Shown piece after piece: positions 42,158-53,437 of a stretch of 64,000 nucleotides of DNA (the stretch's first letter is position 1; each line of letters opens with the position of its first letter). Source of the stretch: a virus (Duplodnaviria; Caudoviricetes); IMG/VR virus record IMGVR_UViG_3300032030_000037, positions 36,101 to 100,100 of that record; one strand, given 5' to 3'. The notes beneath the pieces were generated by a model that was not told the origin of the DNA, ran no database searches, and saw only the letters and a program-made list of their open reading frames with translations. A program made the position numbers and the translations under genes.

Positions 42158-42781
42158 TTACTTTTTAGAAGCCTTGGAATTATACTTAGATAGAATACAG
42201 CCTTCACCACAGTCTAGAATACACTGTGATTTACAGAACTTCTTAATATCGCTAAGCTGCATTGTTCTTGCCACCGCTGCCGAAGGCTTTGCTGGTTTGG
42301 AGGGAGTTGGGGGTGCACTATTTAAGCTAGTTTTTGATGTAGTCATTAGTGCTATAGATTCATCAGCTAGTCCACTCTCTCTAGGATTGTCGAACGGAAT
42401 GAATATTAATGTTACTGGAAGATCATCATCCTCAATAAATGAGGTTTGTCCGATAAACGCAGTTTCTATTCCGTAAACAATCATTCCGGCTTTTCCTCCA
42501 AAACTATCTAGACTTGTTGCTAGAACCACGTAGTCTGTTCCATCAATGCCTCTAACTCTATCAGAATGTGCTAAGATATCAGATGGTGCAGCATACTTTA
42601 ATAATTTCTTTAATGCTTTAGCTCCGTCTTCATGGGTAAACTTTGCATATACCTGAGTCATCATTGGCGAGAGTGGAAGTCTTCCATTATCTATATGCTT
42701 AAATATAGTATAAAAGAGAACAGCCCCTAATGCGCAACCTACTAAAACACTGATTAATATAAAAATGTATATCATATCCAT
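42158..42781 (-). CDS. Membrane-anchored protein with C-terminal four-Cys motif
   Basis: N-terminal TM; FCKSQCILDCGEGCILSKY. Confidence 0.65.
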   Translation of the reverse strand: MDMIYIFILISVLVGCALGAVLFYTIFKHIDNGRLPLSPMMTQVYAKFTHEDGAKALKKLLKYAAPSDILAHSDRVRGIDGTDYVVLATSLDSFGGKAGMIVYGIETAFIGQTSFIEDDDLPVTLIFIPFDNPRESGLADESIALMTTSKTSLNSAPPTPSKPAKPSAAVARTMQLSDIKKFCKSQCILDCGEGCILSKYNSKASKK

Positions 42782-43891
42782 CCAAATTTCTTTGACATAT
42801 ATAAGGAAATGTAGGAACGTACTGCTATATACGGAATAGATTGACCTCTAGTATCTTTTTCTAACTGTCTAATATATTTTGGAACAACTACTTTCCTAAA
42901 ATACGCATCTAGATTATTAGAATATGAATAATAGTAAGTCTGAACCCTGCCTAATAATGACTTATATTCATTTTTAAATATAAGTCTAAAATCAGATACT
43001 TTTCCACAACAAAGCTCTCCGTATATAGGCGAACTTTTCGGTTTTTTCTTATAAAATAACCGTTGTGATTTTCTTCTTTTGCTAGGCTCCATTATAACCT
43101 CTATCCAGAATTTAGTTTTATATTTTGGGAGCGGTTTAATAAAGTCAAGGTATTCTTTAGTTTTTTGTATTTTATTAAGTATTGATGGATCAGTAAGTAT
43201 CGTTTCTAATTCAGTTCCACGACTTAGGAGATGGTCTGGACAAAAAAGATCATAAACTCCAAATATAAGCCGCGTAGAATTTATCACTCTACATAATCTT
43301 TGTACCTTTACGTACCCCATTTTTCTTTTTCTTGTAGTATTTCCAAGCCATAGTCCCAAAATCTATAATTCCAATAATTGCTCCGATAATTGAAGCAACC
43401 CTTAGAATTTTATCTTTCCGACTCTCTATGACCGGAATAATATCTACGTCCTTAAGCTGAATTCCTTGGTCTCTAAGAGACTCAAGATTTTCTAGAGTTT
43501 CTTTTTTCCCGGCCGCTCCACGATAGGCCCATGAACCGTTCTCCTGATCATGAACGACAGGGATATAAAATTTACTTTTTCTTTCCATATGCTGACTTAA
43601 AAATTAATGCACCAAGAATAGTAAGTCCAAGGCTGATAAGAAGAGCCCCTAAATTTACTTCTACGTCTTCTTCGTCGTTTTCATCCCGGGCCTCTTCGAT
43701 AACAAGATGATCGGCCGGAACACCAGAGTCTAGGATCTTTTTAATTCTAAGATCTTCAATGAACTTTTGACTACCTTGTGCAATTATTTCATCTGCACAG
43801 CCAGGTTTTCTAAGAATAAGATTAAACTGTTTTTCTTTTATCATAATAGTAAATTTTAATCATTACATAGATAAGGAAAATAGAAGAAATC

Positions 43892-44377
43892 TCATGCAAT
43901 TTCTTCTATACATCCCGGTCGCAACACAAGAAGAGACTCACAATCCCATCCGTACAACGACATTCCATATTCATCACTCCATCTTGTGTTTTCTTGACCT
44001 GATTCTGTTAAAAGTATAGCATCATATTCTTCTGCCATTCCTTCAAAATCAATTAAGTCCCCAAAACAACTTAAAGGCCCCATCTTAATTTTATACGGAA
44101 CCATTAGAAGGTCTATAACAGAATCAATACGATAAACTTTAGATCCTGGTTTAAGTCGAAATCTGAATTGTGATAATCCATATTTTTCTTTCATCCACTC
44201 AGGCATTTCAGATTCTACCCACTGTTTCCATCCCCAAGAAGATTTTTCAGGACTTGACCATAAACCTCCTTTTGGCTTACAGAAATATGGGCTATTCTCT
44301 ATCTGATTAAATTTGCTGGAATCAAAATTATTTCCACACCCTAAAGTTATAAATACTTCTTCACTCATTCTATTCAT
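43892..44377 (-). CDS. Conserved phage protein (KPxGGLWSSP...YDAI...YGWDCES), possible ART-like fold
   Basis: Motif pattern only; the fold is a guess. Confidence 0.45.
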   Translation of the reverse strand: MNRMSEEVFITLGCGNNFDSSKFNQIENSPYFCKPKGGLWSSPEKSSWGWKQWVESEMPEWMKEKYGLSQFRFRLKPGSKVYRIDSVIDLLMVPYKIKMGPLSCFGDLIDFEGMAEEYDAILLTESGQENTRWSDEYGMSLYGWDCESLLVLRPGCIEEIA

Positions 44378-44412
44378 AAGGATTTTAATGAAGGCCTCAA
44401 TTCCTTATAAAT

Positions 44413-44570
44413 GAGAGACGAATTAAAATGCGCCCCGAAACACCATTTTCGGATCAGTTGGTCTAAGTACTGGCTCGGGTCCAACACAGCCGACGCCCTA
44501 CGGAGTGAGTTCGGCACAAAAGTCGAGGTTTCGTTTCTCAGGGAGGGACTAGATTTCCTCCCTTTATTTT
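44413..44570 (+). ncRNA. Candidate multi-branched sRNA with its own promoter and terminator
   Basis: gagagacgaa/ttcgtttctc closing stem; internal ccgaaa/tttcgg, cagt/actg, gccga/tcggc and ctcg/cgag stems; gggagg/cctccc + T terminator; GC-rich relative to flanks. Confidence 0.6.
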
Positions 44571-45350
44571 ATTCTTAAAGCCTTATATATAGAAACCAAT
44601 ATATTTAAAAATGAGATATAGGTTATTTATTGGCCTTGCGTACATAACGTGGGGCCTTATGATACTGTGGCTCCTAATTTTGGCGCCACTAGCAATAATT
44701 GGGGAAGAAATGCTATTAAAAATTAGAGGACCGTTTACTTGGTTATTTGCGCATTGCGCACTATGGCATTTCGGAGCTATAATTTGGTGTATGAAGAAAA
44801 CTGGCGAGGATGAAGAAGAAAAAGAAGATGTCAATAAGATAATTGACAATTGGGAAGAAGATAATCGCCTTCTTTTTGATACACTTAAGATGCTAATCGG
44901 AGAGTAGCAATACTCTCTTTTTTATTCCCTTCTATATCCCTTCAAAGCCTTATATATGTAGAGGAATACCTAATGTTAATTAAAAACCCTCTACTTTTTA
45001 TTATGAGAAAACAATATTTATTTTGGTGTATTGAGGCCCTGGGTGCAGAACTCATCACCTGGGCTCTCTTCGCCAATGATGCTCGCAAAGCTGTGGCGAA
45101 AATTGGTGGCCGGGAAGTCTATAACTCCTGGGCCGAGAAACTCATCCGCGAACGCCTCGCGGAAGGATTCTGTTATGTACCACGAGTTGCCCACCTGGGA
45201 GAAAAGTGGTATAACAAAATCAAGACGCGCTCAGATTATGGCGATATCGTCTGGACGTGCAAATTAATTCAGGAGCGCATTGGCATTGTTGCTGCCGCGA
45301 TTTACCCTGAAGGTAAGGAGGCCTAGGCCTCCTTTTATTTTCTTATATAT

Positions 45351-45440
45351 GATTGAAAAATGAGAACTCCTACTTTATTCTGAAATATAAAATAATGTGG
45401 TAGTATGGGGATTATGTCCTAGTTCTCATTTTTTTTTATT
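45351..45440 (+). ncRNA. Candidate promoter-driven hairpin sRNA
   Basis: After tcttatatat; 13-bp aaaaatgagaact/agttctcattttt stem followed by a T-tract. Confidence 0.45.
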
Positions 45441-45476
45441 TTGCTGTCCTAGAAAGATAAATTCCTTATAAATGAT

Positions 45477-46136
45477 ATGAATTTAGAATTTGATTATGAA
45501 GAATTGGAAGCTAGTTTAAATTTTGCAAAAATAAAAAACTGGTTAGAAGATGATTTACACAAAAGATTATTTCATGTTTTAACTCTTGAATCATATATCA
45601 ATGATCCTGGGAATGATACTAAAAGATTGATGGTTATTACCTCAGAACATCTAGATCCTACAGCTTTTGTACTGACTCTTCAAAAAATGCGAGATAGTGG
45701 CGGAAGCGGGAAATCTATAAGTAATTTTATGGTTCTGGCAATTCTCCATCTCTGCTCAATGACTGAAAAACAGACTAGAGAAGAGACAGTAGAATTTGTT
45801 GAAAGCAAAGAAAGAGTCCTGAACGCTTTAGAGTCAGCATTAAATCTCAATATTGGAATTGAAGAGATAAAGAAGTTTTTAAGAAACGAGAAAAATAAAA
45901 CTTATATTCTTAAAGTACTTAAACTTCATGCTAGTCAAAAAAGCGAGACAGAAGAAGTTGACCAATTAGTTTGTAAAAGTTTTGAAGATGCCTGCAATGA
46001 TGGAACTTTGGAAAGAAAAATTGAAACCGGATATAACGGAGAAGGCATCTGGAAAGCTATAGCAGAAATCGTTCGGTCATTGATACAGATGCGAGGAGGT
46101 AGAGACATAACTGATGAAGATTTAAATAATGTCTAA
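45477..46136 (+). CDS. Hypothetical protein
   Basis: ATG 3 nt after the G of the promoter motif at 45464-45474. Confidence 0.7.
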   Translation: MNLEFDYEELEASLNFAKIKNWLEDDLHKRLFHVLTLESYINDPGNDTKRLMVITSEHLDPTAFVLTLQKMRDSGGSGKSISNFMVLAILHLCSMTEKQTREETVEFVESKERVLNALESALNLNIGIEEIKKFLRNEKNKTYILKVLKLHASQKSETEEVDQLVCKSFEDACNDGTLERKIETGYNGEGIWKAIAEIVRSLIQMRGGRDITDEDLNNV

Positions 46137-47095
46137 AAAATCCTATAAACTATTGACTACCTACGGGTGTTGCTGCATCTTAGGAATTATTTTTATATTT
46201 CTTAAGATATTTGGTACTATCACGTGGCCTTGGATTTGGGTCACCGCTCCTATTTGGATGCCATTTATTTCTGGATTTTTGTTTATTCTAGTAATAGCAA
46301 TAGTAGTTATTTCACAACGTAGAAAAAGACTTGAAATAGATGACTGAAGAAGTTAAAAAATTTAAAGAGCAAAAGAAAAAGTTTTATACTTTAAGAGATC
46401 TAATCTATGGGTGGGACGTTATTTTTACAGCCACCAAAAAGAAGAAAAGAACTAGGATTTGCACCTACTTCATTTCACATGTAAAATCTGTAAAATTGTT
46501 TCATGGTTCCTCAGTTATAATTGAATCTTCTGGCCCTATATATGTAGATAGGGGATGGGAAGATTCTGGGCCAAGAGTTCAACTAATTAAGCTCAAAAAA
46601 GAGGAGATTAAAGTTGACTTAGGCAGTATTGATATGGATAATATCACTCTTACTGAAGGATTGATTAATGATATGAAAGAGTACGTCCTGAACAAATTTG
46701 ATGAAGTTATTGAATCAGATCCAACAGATTATGCCACTGAAGAAGGCGAATACGGTGGAGACGAAGAAAACGAAATATTCTAAAATGACACAGGAAGAAC
46801 TATCAGAGAAGTACATGGGGAAGAACATTGAAATCTTTACCTCCGATGATGAAGAAGTGGTTTGGATGTTCAATGTAAGATCTGTAACTAAAGTAAACAC
46901 CAAGGAGGGTTATACTTTCATTGGTTGGTTGTCGGCTGAGAAAACCATTTTTGGAACTCCCAAAGAAATTGAAATATATTCTGACCCTAAAGAAAACGAT
47001 GAAGTTGTTCTTAGGCCAGAAGATAAAATAACGATCTTTGAAACCCCAGAAAAACTTAAGGAAAGAATCGTCGAATACTTAAATAAACGTCTCCT

Positions 47096-47989
47096 ATGCG
47101 ATCCAGAGAAGAAATAATCAAGTATTTTAGGGAAGAAGTAATTCCTAGAAGTTGGGCAGAAGAATTTATAAGGGTCATCGAGAATACTAATCCTGAATTT
47201 GGTCCGACCGATTTTGGAATTCCCTTCGAAGAATATATTGGAAAGCACTGTCCGTCTAAGGTCTTCGATATAGTACTTGATGCATTCCCTAAGCCCTCGT
47301 GCAAATATACTGACATCAAAAGTATTATTCATAATCCTATCTTAGAGAAGTGGAGAGTCTTAAACCAAAGATATCTTGACTGGCTACAGGGATATGAAGA
47401 TACTGCCAAGTGGGTTTATCGGCTGGAGTCTACAAAACCAGATGCCGGCCTGTGGTATGATTCGAAGGGAAACTGGTGTCTAGAAACAAAAGGCCTAGGC
47501 TGTCTTCCTGAATGTCAGACTAAGTTTCTACCAATGGGATATGATGAAAGATATAAGAAAGGAGGCCGTTCCTGGTTTTCAAGTTGCAGCCGTCTTGAAG
47601 ATCTTTCACACTGGTATTCCTACAGAGATGCGAAGAAACTGATAGATGAAATGGGATTTGTCTTCACTAGATATCTTGCGACAGAATACTATGAATATCC
47701 GATGGAGACAACTTTCATACGTCATACATCACTTGCCCGAGAGGTTTTAGATATCCTTGATGTATTTCCAGAGTATAGGCCAAAAGAAATAAGTGAGCAA
47801 ACCTACTGGAACATGAGAAAAAGGTGTGAACAGCAAGGAAAGCATAGATTTAGATATGGAGGTCTTGGAGCTTTCTGTACTGTCTGTGGATACTATGGAG
47901 GGTGTGGTAATGACTATCCCCCTCTAGGATCTGGACCTGATCTTGTCTGTCGTGGAGAGGCTGGGTGGACAGCAATAATAAAAGGATAA
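47096..47989 (+). CDS. Multi-domain hypothetical protein with C-terminal Zn-finger-like motif
   Basis: YRLE...GLWY...SHWY...GF core; C-x4-H...CTVCG. Confidence 0.6.
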   Translation: MRSREEIIKYFREEVIPRSWAEEFIRVIENTNPEFGPTDFGIPFEEYIGKHCPSKVFDIVLDAFPKPSCKYTDIKSIIHNPILEKWRVLNQRYLDWLQGYEDTAKWVYRLESTKPDAGLWYDSKGNWCLETKGLGCLPECQTKFLPMGYDERYKKGGRSWFSSCSRLEDLSHWYSYRDAKKLIDEMGFVFTRYLATEYYEYPMETTFIRHTSLAREVLDILDVFPEYRPKEISEQTYWNMRKRCEQQGKHRFRYGGLGAFCTVCGYYGGCGNDYPPLGSGPDLVCRGEAGWTAIIKG

Positions 47990-48015
47990 ACCAATTATTA
48001 AATCAGTCTATTAAT

Positions 48016-48216
48016 ATGAAAAAACTTACGAGAGATTTAAATCACAGAGTAATAGGCGGAGTTTGTAGCGGCATTGCTAAATATTTTGGCATTGATCCAG
48101 TTATTGTCCGCTTAGGATTCGTAGTTCTGTCCTGTTTATGGGGATGCGGAGTTATAGTTTATCTATTATCTCTACTAATCATTCCAAAGGAGGACGAAAT
48201 AAAAGAAGGGGACTAA
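48016..48216 (+). CDS. pspC: PspC-domain membrane protein
   Basis: MKKLTRD..HRVIGGVCSGIAKYFGIDPVIVRL...YLL..LIIP. Confidence 0.88.
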   Translation: MKKLTRDLNHRVIGGVCSGIAKYFGIDPVIVRLGFVVLSCLWGCGVIVYLLSLLIIPKEDEIKEGD

Positions 48217-48760
48217 TCATCCTCTTCTTTTTCTTCATAATCTTTCATCTGTCTTTTCATATCCTTCTTGGAGGCTTTATCTTTTTTCTTTTCTTTTCTC
48301 TCTCGATATTCTCCGAGGTCAAAGTTTTCTCGATCCATCATCTTCTTTGTTCCTTCAGATACTTCCTCCCAGCCAATGACACCACGTCTGGCTTTTCCTA
48401 AATCTTTGTGTTTAAAATCCTTTCCCATAATTAAAACAGTCTGTTAGATTTTTTATAAATTTTTCTTTTATTTCTTCTGGTAGAGTGCATACTAATAGCT
48501 TTAAAGTAGATACTTCTCTTATCTATACTAATGATAGTTATACCCTTTAAAGAAGTTATTTTGGTATAGCTTCCAAAATCTTCTATTAAAGTTATGGTGT
48601 GTATAGAATAGTCTCTAAGCTTAGTAACATCTACCTCATCTATTATTAATATTTCATAGTGATTGCTACCACCAGTTATAAGGATAAAAATCAGTTCAAG
48701 TACTTTTCTATTATTTATTATTATCTCCACATATATAAGGCAATTACCTTATTATTGTAT

Positions 48761-49606
48761 ATGAATGATCAAATAATATTACAGAGAGTTATTAGAGACC
48801 CCAAGAGAGTTTTTATGTTAGGAGGAGGATATTTAATTCCTAAGATACGGGACGATGGAAAAAAGATGGACATTGAGGATGAATATAAGGAAGCAGTAGG
48901 TAACCTTTTTAAAACTCCAAACTATTTAAACTTTATAAATCGACTTATAGAGAAGCTTAAAACTATTTCCAATACTGATCTTTTTGACTATATCCCCGAG
49001 TTCCCTTTAATTATAGAAGACTCCGACTTCTTAGGAAATCTTCTTGGAGGAAGCATAGATAAGCAACACTTCAGAGCTGACATATTTTTTACAAGATTAG
49101 GGATAATAGTAGAACTTGATTCTTCCTGGCATAAGGATCCAAAAATAGACCAGGCAAGAGATAGATACATAGAATATACGTGGGGAATAAAAACTATCAG
49201 AGTTGAACTTGGTCTTGTAGATTCTAAAGAAAATAAGCCAACCTTAGATAGTAGGTTTGAGGAAATATGGAAAATCTTAAAAACAGCCTACTCTAGAGTT
49301 CTTAAGAATAGGATGCTTATACGAAATGGAAAACCAGGAACTCTAGATTTCCCATATATAATAAATTACAACTCTTACCTTATCAGACAATTTAGAAGAG
49401 AGGAAAGAGATACTATCAAGATTTGTGAGAAATATCTTGAATCTCAAAAAGGATTCTATACCTCAAAGACTGTTGTCTTGTATCTTAAAAACCTGGATAA
49501 AAAAGACTTAAAACTATTCAACGATCCTATTCTATATTTTGAAGAAAAGCTTCAAAGATTGCTATCTTATATTTATGGAAAAGATCTGCGAGTCATAAGA
49601 CCCTAA
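48761..49606 (+). CDS. DUF559/Vsr-like PD-(D/E)xK endonuclease domain protein
   Basis: FRADIFF..LGIIVELDSSWH...DQARDRYI...GIKTIR. Confidence 0.65.
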   Translation: MNDQIILQRVIRDPKRVFMLGGGYLIPKIRDDGKKMDIEDEYKEAVGNLFKTPNYLNFINRLIEKLKTISNTDLFDYIPEFPLIIEDSDFLGNLLGGSIDKQHFRADIFFTRLGIIVELDSSWHKDPKIDQARDRYIEYTWGIKTIRVELGLVDSKENKPTLDSRFEEIWKILKTAYSRVLKNRMLIRNGKPGTLDFPYIINYNSYLIRQFRREERDTIKICEKYLESQKGFYTSKTVVLYLKNLDKKDLKLFNDPILYFEEKLQRLLSYIYGKDLRVIRP

Positions 49607-49618
49607 TTCCTTATAAAT

Positions 49619-49765
49619 GTGTTGATATACCAACTAACAGGGCAGGTCAATTAAAAAAGAAAACCGAGTCTTGTGGGTGTCTAAAAAGTAGACATTTGTT
49701 CAATAGCCAAGGGGAATCTGGACGCAGAGGAAGTAGTAGCTTGAGATCGAATTTCTTTTTTTTTG
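49619..49765 (+). ncRNA. Candidate promoter-driven structured sRNA
   Basis: After ccttataaat; gttg/caac, aaaaaagaaa/tttctttttt and gtgtcta/tagacat stems; T-tract; no credible ORF. Confidence 0.45.
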
Positions 49766-49823
49766 TTCCCAAAGAAAATAATAAAAATGCAGTTTTCCCC
49801 TTACTGTTTTCCTTAATATTGAT

Positions 49824-50297
49824 ATGAAAATATACAAAGGAAATATTGAGCCTTCGGAAAATACTATATTCGTATTTGGAAGTAATCCAGAAGGTAGACA
49901 TGGAGCCGGAGCTGCAAAGGTAGCAAAAGAAAAATTTGGTGCTGTCTATGGTCAGGGAGAGGGACTGCAGGGAAATTCTTATGCAATTCCAACTAAAGAT
50001 CTAAGAATAAAAGAAAACAATGGATTTAGATCAATTCCAGAAGAAAAGATTATAGATAGTATTAAGAAACTATACTCTCTGGCTCGAGAGAGACCAGATC
50101 TTAATTTCAAAATCTCTTATCGAAACACCCACGAAAGAGGTCTTAGTGGATATACTGGTTTAGAGATGATGAAAATGTTCTTAAGTGATCTTCCAGTCCC
50201 TAGTAATATTTGGATATCTGAAGAATGGGCAGAATTTATTCGTGAAAATGCTAGAGAGGATGAGATACTATTGATGGGAGGACTGTATGAAGGATAA
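49824..50297 (+). CDS. Conserved phage protein (IFVFGSN..GRHGAGAA; A1S_2505-like)
   Basis: Signature motif plus GQGEGLQGNSYAIPTK. Confidence 0.75.
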   Translation: MKIYKGNIEPSENTIFVFGSNPEGRHGAGAAKVAKEKFGAVYGQGEGLQGNSYAIPTKDLRIKENNGFRSIPEEKIIDSIKKLYSLARERPDLNFKISYRNTHERGLSGYTGLEMMKMFLSDLPVPSNIWISEEWAEFIRENAREDEILLMGGLYEG

Positions 50298-50748
50298 ATT
50301 CAAAAAATTTGATGGAACAGAAATAACAGATATATCAGAGTATGTAAAGCAATATATAGAAAAATATCCAGACTCAGAAGTTCTGGTTGGTACAGATAGT
50401 CAAAATCGAGGAAATCTTACTACCTATTGTACTGTAGTTGCAATGTATAGACCTGGAAAGGGAGGTCATTGTATATATAGGAAATGGAGGACTACTAAAG
50501 TTACGGTGAGATCCTCAAGATTGCTGTCTGAAGTATGGGCATCTATTGAAGTTGCTAATCTTCTTAGCGATTCTGGAATATCAATAAAATACATAGATAT
50601 TGATATTAATCCAAACCCTAAGTATAAATCTTATGAAGTATATTCTGGTGCAAAGGGTATGGTTGAGGGATTTGGATATGAGTGTAGATGTAAAACATTT
50701 ATACCACTTGTGACCAGTGTAGCAGATAGAATTGTTAAAAAAGCTTAA
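50287..50748 (+). CDS. RNase H-like YkuK/DUF458 family protein
   Basis: VGTDSQ, GKGG, RL..EV..S..VA, DIDIN, ADR. Confidence 0.8.
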   Translation: MKDKFKKFDGTEITDISEYVKQYIEKYPDSEVLVGTDSQNRGNLTTYCTVVAMYRPGKGGHCIYRKWRTTKVTVRSSRLLSEVWASIEVANLLSDSGISIKYIDIDINPNPKYKSYEVYSGAKGMVEGFGYECRCKTFIPLVTSVADRIVKKA

Positions 50749-50749
50749 T

Positions 50750-51592
50750 ATGAAATTTCTACTACAACCTGATGTTCTTCTAGATTTCATATTTGCTATG
50801 AAAAAAGCAAAGGAATGGTGGGACTGGTGGAAACCTAAAGAAAACATTGTAGAATTTGTAGATTCAGGGTGTTCCAAAGAAATATGTCCTATCGGAAGTT
50901 TAGAATTTTGCCTAGATTATTATAAAAAACTTGGGATAGACCTCAAACCAATAAATGTTCCCGACTATTTGTTTCAATATTCTATCGGATATGGAAATGG
51001 AAGTGTGAAGGGTGCTGACTTTCCTGAGTGGATTAAAGAACTAGAAAAACGAACCAAAATGAGGATTGTAAAAACTAGTTCCGCGTCTACAGAGGAATTA
51101 ACTAGTGAAACAATAGGAATAGATAGTTTACTAAACCTTGAATGGAGAGGAGGGATGTATGTAAAATCGGAAACAAGATTTAAATATCCTGGGAACGGTC
51201 TTTATAACTCAATCAACTCATTCATAACCTCTGAATACTATGACCCTTCAGATAAATACCAAGTAACACATTTTGATCCAGAAATAGCTGATGAATGGAG
51301 ATACTTTGTCTATGAAGGAAAGGTTGTTGGATGTAAATGTTATGTACCGGAAGATATCTTATCTCCGAAAATTCCGAATAAAAGGTGGGTCTTAGATAAA
51401 ATAAGCAAAATAGATCTTCCAGCATACACACTAGATGTTGCAATGTCTAATAAACCTACTGCAGTAGATCCGAAAATTATAGAAGTTCATGATTTCTTTA
51501 GTTGTGGACTATATGGATTCGATGACTACAACCTTCTTCCATATATGTTCTTTCGTTCGCATCTTTATAAATTTAATAAATATGGAGGATAG
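50750..51592 (+). CDS. ATP-grasp domain protein (DUF4343/R2K-like)
   Basis: PIGSLEF, YVKS, EWRYFV, AYTLDV, IIEVHDFFSCGLYG. Confidence 0.75.
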   Translation: MKFLLQPDVLLDFIFAMKKAKEWWDWWKPKENIVEFVDSGCSKEICPIGSLEFCLDYYKKLGIDLKPINVPDYLFQYSIGYGNGSVKGADFPEWIKELEKRTKMRIVKTSSASTEELTSETIGIDSLLNLEWRGGMYVKSETRFKYPGNGLYNSINSFITSEYYDPSDKYQVTHFDPEIADEWRYFVYEGKVVGCKCYVPEDILSPKIPNKRWVLDKISKIDLPAYTLDVAMSNKPTAVDPKIIEVHDFFSCGLYGFDDYNLLPYMFFRSHLYKFNKYGG

Positions 51593-52361
51593 ATTAACTG
51601 TAAAAGAGCTCAGGGAATACCTACTAAGTCTCGATCCTAAATTTGATAATGCCTCAATTGCTATCGCTAAACCTGGAACAAGCACTATTATTGATGAAGA
51701 GATAGCGACTAAAAACTGTCTTGATGTTGTATTGTCACCTACAACAGATAAAGAAAGACAGGCTATGGTATTGCTCTGTGGACGAGAAACCCTAGAAGAG
51801 ATTAATAAAAACTTTAAGCAGAGATGGCATGGCAGAGATTCTAAGTAATATTTTTGATAAGTATACTACAAAACCTCATGAATGTCAGTACAAAAACTGT
51901 TATGAGATATATATAGAGTGGGACTCGAATGATGGAGATTATATAAAGGACTTTTATTATGTAGATGAAGATACTTTTAAAAAGGATCCATTATTTCAAT
52001 ACATACTATCCTATATTAACGGAGGATCTAAGTTTAGAAGCACAATGTACCGAAACTATGGGAAGCATGTTGCAGAAGATACACACTTTCCTTGGTTGGA
52101 AAACTACCTCTGTGATATAGATCTTATGTTATATTCAGACTGGGGCCCTTGTCATTCCGTAGTAAGTATTAAAATGTACTACTATACCGAAAATAGTGTC
52201 AAAAAAGATGTTATAATTCCAAGATTTGATACACTATTTGAGGGAAAGACGGAGATGGAAATGGAAAACTTTATTAACAACCTTTATGGGAATGGATATG
52301 AAGAGGGAGAATAAAATCCCTCTTTTTGCTCTTCAGACGCCTTGGGAATCTTACTAATGAT

Positions 52362-53105
52362 ATGAAAGATAGAGATTTATATTTCTGTGGGGATATTCAC
52401 GGAGATTGGAAAGAATTTATATGGAAAGCACTAAAGCAGTACCAAATTAGGGATGCTGATATTGGAATTCTAGGTGATTTTGGTATTGGATTTGATAAAA
52501 CAATGCCTGATCTTTACCGGTGGGCTGAAAAAAGATTAGAAGCTGCCGATGTAACCATTTATGCAATTAGGGGAAACCATGATGACCCTAGTTATTTTAC
52601 AGATACAGAAAAATATTCATATCCAAGACTACGTTTTCTTGAAGATCATAAAGTCTATGAAATTTGTGGAAGAAAAATCTATACCATTGGAGGCGCTTGT
52701 TCTAATGATATCGGATGGAGACTAGCTATGAATGAGACTCTTGCATCGAAGGGAAAAGATAGAAGAGTGTGGTGGCCTGGAGAAGATGTAATTCAAAAAC
52801 GAAACGACCTTCCCGATAAAGTTGACATTATTATCTCTCACACAGCCCCACTTGCTTTTCTCCCAGTCATTAGAAAATTTCCTGAAACACCAGAGTGGCA
52901 ATATGATAAAATTTTAGAGGAGCGAAGATACTTAGATTATGCTTTGAAAGAAATTAATGCTGACTACTGGTATTACGGACATTTTCATGATCATTATTCT
53001 GGTTCATATGGAGATCTTCTGTATCGCGGTCTTGGAATTATGGAATTTATAGAAGCAGGAAATATAATCAATAATAATCCACAAGGAGAAGATGGAGTCG
53101 AATGA
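52362..53105 (+). CDS. Calcineurin-like metallophosphoesterase
   Basis: GDIHG, LGDFG, RGNHD, SHTAP, GHFH. Confidence 0.9.
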   Translation: MKDRDLYFCGDIHGDWKEFIWKALKQYQIRDADIGILGDFGIGFDKTMPDLYRWAEKRLEAADVTIYAIRGNHDDPSYFTDTEKYSYPRLRFLEDHKVYEICGRKIYTIGGACSNDIGWRLAMNETLASKGKDRRVWWPGEDVIQKRNDLPDKVDIIISHTAPLAFLPVIRKFPETPEWQYDKILEERRYLDYALKEINADYWYYGHFHDHYSGSYGDLLYRGLGIMEFIEAGNIINNNPQGEDGVE

Positions 53106-53437
53106 ATTAGATATAAATGTAACAATTGTAAATAAAATACTAGCAAAAATAATAGAATCTGATCCAGACCTAATCGGAATAATAAAAAATCTCTTAAAGA
53201 AAGGTCTAGAGAAAAGCAGCTATTATGGCGAAGAAAAATTAGAAGACTTAGTAGCATCAAAAACAGACTTACAGATGCTTGATGCTAGATTACATGGGCT
53301 TGAGCATAAACTAGGGATGGATACTTGGACTCCATATGAATATAACAGTATGTCTATTCTAGAAAGAGTTAAAGCACTAGAACGAGTCGTAGATAATTTA
53401 GAAATCCAAATAAACGATTTAACTAATAGCTTAGAAT

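Noticed and set aside
44420-44490. Twister ribozyme in the 44413 sRNA
   Set aside because: Only superficial UAA/AAG similarity; the two pseudoknots cannot be built.
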